From Phoronis australis (lineage: Eukaryota > Animalia > Phoronida), in NCBI GenBank assembly GCA_002633005.1, contig NMRA01000768.1, positions 1-33,201 on the forward strand: a stretch of DNA of 33,201 bases. The letters are read 5' to 3'. The notes under the pieces are model-generated. The model saw only the letters and a list, made by a program, of their open reading frames with translations, did not search any database and was not told the origin of the DNA. Both the position numbers and the translations under genes were made by a program. Below are positions 29,601 to 33,201 of the stretch, in pieces (positions within the stretch are counted from its first letter, which is position 1; every line of letters begins with the position of its first letter).

Positions 29601-31203
29601 GTGAGTAACTTACTGCAGTTTGTTGATGTCGCTTTTGCAGGAGCTGAGATGACAGCACTTTAATTGAGACTCGACTTACATAATTATTTTGTTATAGTCT
29701 TTATTTGTGTGTACTATGACAGTGTTCTTTCACAGATTTCCAAACTTCATTGTTCTAACTACTAACATCATCTGTAGGAAAAGAGGAAAATCAGCAATTG
29801 GAATCTTTTTTATGAAAAGGAAGATTGTCTGCTAAGGTTTTGTATGACAGACGATTACCAAAGAGACCTCGAATCTTGATTATAAACAATTCAGAGTATT
29901 ACCCAAAGAGTGTTTAACTGTTTGCATATTTCATTGTTAACTTTGGAAAGTAATTCCTCCATATCTTTCTCTGTTACCATGGAGATGCTTGTTTACTGTC
30001 TCAGGTGGTGAGAAGCAGAGGATGTCAATAGCACGGGCTGTGTTGAAAAATCCACCGATCATCATCTATGATGAAGCTACTTCGTCCTTAGATTCAATAA
30101 CCGAAGGGGTAGGTATGGACGTCTGCTTTGGAAGGGGTGAAATATGCTACAAAAACTGGGGAGTCAGGTTTAAGCATATATTTAACCCCATGTAGGTAAT
30201 GTGATTAATAACACGGGACATCTGGTTTCATGCAATAGGGATGAAAAGTGATTACGTCTCACTCCTGACAACAACTCCAAATTGGAGACAAACATTATGG
30301 TGGTAGCCTAGTTCCTTGTTTTGACATATTTGTCCAAACCAGCTAGAGACATAAGAAAACCAACGATTAAAATGTTTCTTGGCGGCATGCTTTATTGTTG
30401 CGCTGCTAACATGTGTGTTCAACTTTTGTCATTGCGGAAGTTACTGAGTATTGTGGAAAAAAACATTTGAGGGAAGGGAATTGCGTTGAATTGCTCCGGA
30501 GTGGAATTGTAGGCTACTTGGAGCTGCGCTTTGAGTGGCTATCCGAGCAGGAGGGCTCATGCACTCAAGAACATAGCTCTGCTTTCATGAGCATGGCTTG
30601 TAGAAGTTGTAAACAATGCTCACTGACTCAAAGCCGTGCATTCGCAAAAACGGCTTACGCACCCAAAAAGCACAGCTACCGGGCTGCAAACATGTCTCTA
30701 GTACCTGTCAACACGACTCACGGGACTTTTCACAGAGTTATGTACACAGTTGCTAGCCATATGTGTTAGTGAGCCTTGTTTTTTGGGTTTGTGAGACAGT
30801 GTGGGACTGTGTTGTTCAGGTAGCCTGTTTCATATCATTGCCATAGTAACAGGCACTTCTATTTTTTTCCTTGCAGAAAATCTTGAATGCACTGCACAGG
30901 GTTACAAAGAACAGAACTACTATTGTCATAGCACATAGACTGTCAACGGTAGTTGATGCTGATGAGATCATAGTGTTGAGCAATGGTCGTGTGGCGGAAA
31001 AGGGATCACATTACGAACTGCTGGCCAATCCAGACAGTCTGTATTCACACATGTGGGAAAAACAACACGAGGTGGTGCTAAGAGACTTGCAAGAAGAGGA
31101 GAAAGTTTCAAGTGCTGGTGACTTGGATAAGAAAAAGACAAATAATGATGATAATAATAATAATGTTGGTGATAAAGGAAGGACAGAACATCCAACCAAT
31201 TAG
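17451..31203 (+). CDS. ABCB7: Mitochondrial ABC transporter ABCB7 (ATM1 ortholog, Fe-S/glutathione export), 15 coding exons, about 747 aa; join(17451..17603,19902..19985,20429..20629,21554..21683,21922..22108,22766..22847,23518..23606,23801..23888,25571..25745,26341..26498,27495..27658,28398..28527,29429..29600,30005..30108,30877..31203)
   Basis: ABCB7/Atm1 signatures are present: [90 protein letters not shown] motifs: Walker A GGSGSGKST, Q-loop VVPQD, signature LSGGEKQR, Walker [14 protein letters not shown]-loop IAHRLST. The Arg/Ser-rich N-terminus resembles a mitochondrial presequence. All introns are GT-AG and the total is 2244 nt in frame. Confidence 0.95.
19321..19441. mobile_element. 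Tiny MITE (about 120 bp), Harbinger-like
   Basis: TIR GGGTAGAGTTCAG..ACGCTAGGAC / GTCCTAG.GCGT..CTGAACTCTACCC; flanks CCG/CTG resemble a CWG TSD. Confidence 0.7.
19902..19985 (+). CDS. ABCB7: ABCB7 coding exon 2 (84 nt)
   Basis: Branch-like TACTAAT, pyrimidine tract, tttctag|[28 protein letters not shown]|gtaatt; phase 0-0 fits its neighbours; no homology support. Confidence 0.65.
20429..20629 (+). CDS. ABCB7: ABCB7 coding exon 3
   Basis: tttcag|[15 protein letters not shown]...[28 protein letters not shown]|gtgtgt. Confidence 0.88.
21554..21683 (+). CDS. ABCB7: ABCB7 coding exon 4
   Basis: ttccag|[18 protein letters not shown]...ATSLLLG(Y)|gtaagt. Confidence 0.93.
21922..22108 (+). CDS. 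ABCB7: ABCB7 coding exon 5
   Basis: tttcag|(Y)[23 protein letters not shown]...AIDRGT(R)|gtattg. Confidence 0.95.
22766..22847 (+). CDS. ABCB7: ABCB7 coding exon 6
   Basis: ttttag|(R)[27 protein letters not shown]|gtaagc. Confidence 0.94.
22925..23389 (+). mobile_element. Interspersed repeat family A copy (TTAA-bounded)
   Basis: TTGAAACTTTCAC..ATGCTTTATGCACAGTTCT..ATGAGGAGCTATCA is shared with 8270-8340 and 32800-32895; ends are approximate. Confidence 0.45.
23518..23606 (+). CDS. ABCB7: ABCB7 coding exon 7
   Basis: ttgcag|[29 protein letters not shown](R)|gtaaag. Confidence 0.93.
23801..23888 (+). CDS. ABCB7: ABCB7 coding exon 8
   Basis: cacag|(R)[29 protein letters not shown]|gtgagt. 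Confidence 0.95.
25247..25342. repeat. Palindromic (fold-back) interspersed repeat core, copy 2
   Basis: GTCTGATATAACATGCC..TTTTGAGAACCAGTTT ... AAACTGGTTCTCAAAA..ACGTTATATCCGAC; homologous to 3073-3167. Confidence 0.7.
25571..25745 (+). CDS. ABCB7: ABCB7 coding exon 9
   Basis: tcgcag|[13 protein letters not shown]...[14 protein letters not shown]...AQGIET(G)|gtaagt. Confidence 0.95.
26341..26498 (+). CDS. ABCB7: ABCB7 coding exon 10
   Basis: tcccag|(G)[52 protein letters not shown]|gtgaga. Confidence 0.95.
26812..27172. mobile_element. hAT-like MITE (about 360 bp)
   Basis: TIRs CAGGGGTGGAAACGATT / AATCGCTTCCACCCCCTG with internal inverted CCCTAAACCC / GGGTTTAGGG; no clear 8-bp TSD. Confidence 0.65.
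27495..27658 (+). CDS. ABCB7: ABCB7 coding exon 11
   Basis: ctacag|DKPGAKEL...[10 protein letters not shown]...[12 protein letters not shown](G)|gtaaga. Confidence 0.94.
27838..28010 (+). repeat. Family B repeat fragment
   Basis: TTGATGATCACAGAA..GTACAAAAGCAATGCCCAG..ATGGAG..CATGA.TTTTT.CATGAAA aligns by eye with 10195-10355. Confidence 0.5.
28398..28527 (+). CDS. ABCB7: ABCB7 coding exon 12
   Basis: ttctag|(G)[17 protein letters not shown]...AIGVVPQ|gtgaac. Confidence 0.95.
29429..29600 (+). CDS. ABCB7: ABCB7 coding exon 13
   Basis: tcttag|[16 protein letters not shown]...[13 protein letters not shown](G)|gtgagt. Confidence 0.95.
30005..30108 (+). CDS. ABCB7: ABCB7 coding exon 14
   Basis: tctcag|(G)[34 protein letters not shown]|gtaggt. 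Confidence 0.95.
30877..31203 (+). CDS. ABCB7: ABCB7 coding exon 15 (last, ends in TAG)
   Basis: ttgcag|[34 protein letters not shown]...YSHMWEKQ...PTN*. Confidence 0.92.
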   Translation, partial: KILNALHRVTKNRTTIVIAHRLSTVVDADEIIVLSNGRVAEKGSHYELLANPDSLYSHMWEKQHEVVLRDLQEEEKVSSAGDLDKKKTNNDDNNNNVGDKGRTEHPTN

Positions 31204-32225
31204 TGCAAGAAGTTTCGTGGTGTCATAATTAATAGTAACCAGAAGATACAAGTTGAAATGGGCAACGTTTGGATGTCACATGTTTTAACTGGAGGAAGTC
31301 ATTAATTTTCCCATCGACACAATACATTGTGCATCAAATGAATTTTCTAAGAAATTTAGAAATTGACATCTGTTGTCACTTCCTCCTAATGGCTGTGACC
31401 TGGTTGTAATATTTCTTTGTATTTTGTCAACTGTTGATGATAGAAGGCTTTGATGAAACTAAAAATATGATCCTGTGCTGCAGACGAGAAGGGCTCACAA
31501 CATCAGATAGGTGGCAGCAGAAGTCGTTAGTGCGACATGACCAATCTCTTGATCTTTGCTCATTTAGCATACAATAAGGGTGGAATGGTCAAATTTTATC
31601 TCGTCAAATTCCTCAACAGAAAGTAGACGCAAGTAGCAGTGAGATATATTTACTCAGGATATAAACCCATTCAGTATTACAAACAAACTGGTCCTGATAA
31701 GAACGAAATTATTGGAAATCTGACTAACAAAATGGTATGAGAAAAATTAAAATAATATTGAAATTATTAATAACTGGCAACAACTATGTGAAAGACTAGT
31801 CGTTTAAAGATGTATTTGCGTGCTCCTAACTGTGCTAATGTATAGCAGGAACTAAATGACAATGCCATTTGAATATTGTCTATGCTAAGCAAAGTACAGT
31901 TATATTCATGGACAGCTTGTAAATGTGAAAAGAAAAAAATCTGCCAATAGGTGATCTTTACTGACACTAATAATGTACCTTGGAGGTTCACATAGCTCGC
32001 ATCATGCAATGTTATTCCCCATCGCCACGTCACGTTACTTACTGGATACGGTTGAGTGATTTAGGGCAGACCATTTTCGACACAAAACTCGTTCTTAAAA
32101 ACATTTGGCAATTTTCAACCTTCTTTGTATTCACACTGTTGCTATATGTTGTGTTTTTAACCAATTTGACCAAGCAATCACAGAAATAAGGAATTAGCAT
32201 GCAACTACCTGGATTCAAAGTTTCT

Positions 32226-32231
32226 AATAAA
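32226..32231 (+). promoter_or_regulatory. Candidate ABCB7 polyadenylation signal
   Basis: First AATAAA noticed downstream of the stop codon (there is also an ATTAAA at 31746); no transcript support. Confidence 0.3.
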
Positions 32232-32720
32232 TTCACTCTGGCAAGCATCAGTATGGAAATAGTTCCATAGTATGACACCAGGGTAGATGGTTGAATGTTT
32301 GCCAAAATTAGAACAGGTTTTATGGAGGTGGAGATAGAGATTGACATTGGCACTTGACCTAGTTTGTCAATAGTGAATGGGGTCTACCAGTTGTATTTTG
32401 TCACCAAGATATTCTGGTGTAGAATTTAGATAATTCTAACTCACACTTAGCTGCAAGGTTTTTAGAGACAGTATATGTGTCACACAAGAACAGTATCGGC
32501 TAAAGTTTTGAATGCTTGCAGCAAAGTACGTAGTCATCATTTGAAATTAAAAGCTAATAATGTTTGTGTTAAATAACTGAAGAGTTAGATATTCAATTGG
32601 TTACAAAGATGGTCACTCTAGATCCTGTTTATCCGTTTTTCTAAGTACTCACTACTTTGTTACAGTGTTAGAAATTTGTCATGTGTTCAGTGTCAGCTGT
32701 ATGGCTTAGGTTGTTCTAAG

Positions 32721-32933
32721 TTAAGGTTCTGTAAGAAAACTGTCCAAATTTGACTAACTTTGGAACATTTTATCTCTGAAATGGCCAATTGGACTCATTT
32801 GAAACTTTCAAATACTATGCTATGTGCACACTTCTCCAAAATGCTCTTTGAAATTGGTTTCGGAATTTATGTTTTGTGCAATGAGGAGCTATCAGAAATA
32901 AGGCTTTCGATAATTTAGAAAAATGGCGAAGCA
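32721..32933 (+). mobile_element. Interspersed repeat family A copy, interrupted by the HINE-like element
   Basis: TTAAGG..TGTCCAAATTTGACTAACTT..TATCTCTGAAATG..TTTGAAACTTTCA..ATGAGGAGCTATCA. Confidence 0.55.
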
Positions 32934-33201
32934 TTTTTATGCGCCCACATATTTATATGTGGACGCATTATGCCGTCATCTCTGTCCGTCCGTCCGGCGT
33001 CCGGCGTCCGCTGCTCTATCTCCAAAACCCTTCGACATACGTTCATGAAATTTGGCACATATGTTCCATTCATGAATGGGACGGCATGTGCGAACTTTCG
33101 GACGGATCCGACTACCGATGTGCCCCCTAGTGGCAATTTTAGTTTTTTACGCTTACCTTTGTATCTTCAAAAGTCCTGAACGGATTTTCATGAAATTTGG
33201 T
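32934..33201 (+). mobile_element. DINE-1/HINE-like element, 5' part (runs off window)
   Basis: Close inverted copy of 14777-15055: ATGCGCCCAC..GTGGACGCAT hairpin, GTCC microsatellite, CATGAAATTTGG units. Confidence 0.85.

Noticed and set aside
30413-30769. 118-aa intronic ORF in ABCB7 intron 14
   Set aside because: Non-ATG start, no recognisable domain or splice signals; it lies in a GC-richer patch with weak terminal symmetry, likely TE-derived
32650-32675. IRE-like CAGTGT loop downstream of ABCB7
   Set aside because: The upper stem has a G-A mismatch and no correctly placed C bulge; it probably lies beyond the 3' UTR

Overview
AT-rich, intron-rich eukaryotic (metazoan, probably invertebrate) genomic DNA, not prokaryotic. 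It holds two complete spliced genes arranged head-to-head with only 275 bp between their start codons. On the minus strand is a 7-exon UPRT homolog (CDS 17175->4092, 225 aa), and on the plus strand a 15-exon mitochondrial ABC transporter ABCB7/ATM1 (CDS 17451->31203, about 747 aa). All exons were reconstructed by hand with GT-AG boundaries and consistent phases. The same divergent ABCB7-UPRT pair exists in human, which suggests ancient microsynteny around a bidirectional promoter. The introns carry many small mobile elements. These include a decayed Penelope-like retroelement (GIY-YIG endonuclease remnant) ending in an intact-looking minimal type I hammerhead ribozyme (7954-7999), DINE-1/HINE-like (Helentron-associated) elements, a near-palindromic Harbinger-type MITE with a CAG target-site duplication, hAT-like MITEs and a TTF zinc-finger remnant, fold-back elements and several tandem repeats. 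Most short ORFs in the supplied track are spurious or are partial exons. Repeat boundaries were judged by eye and are approximate unless stated.
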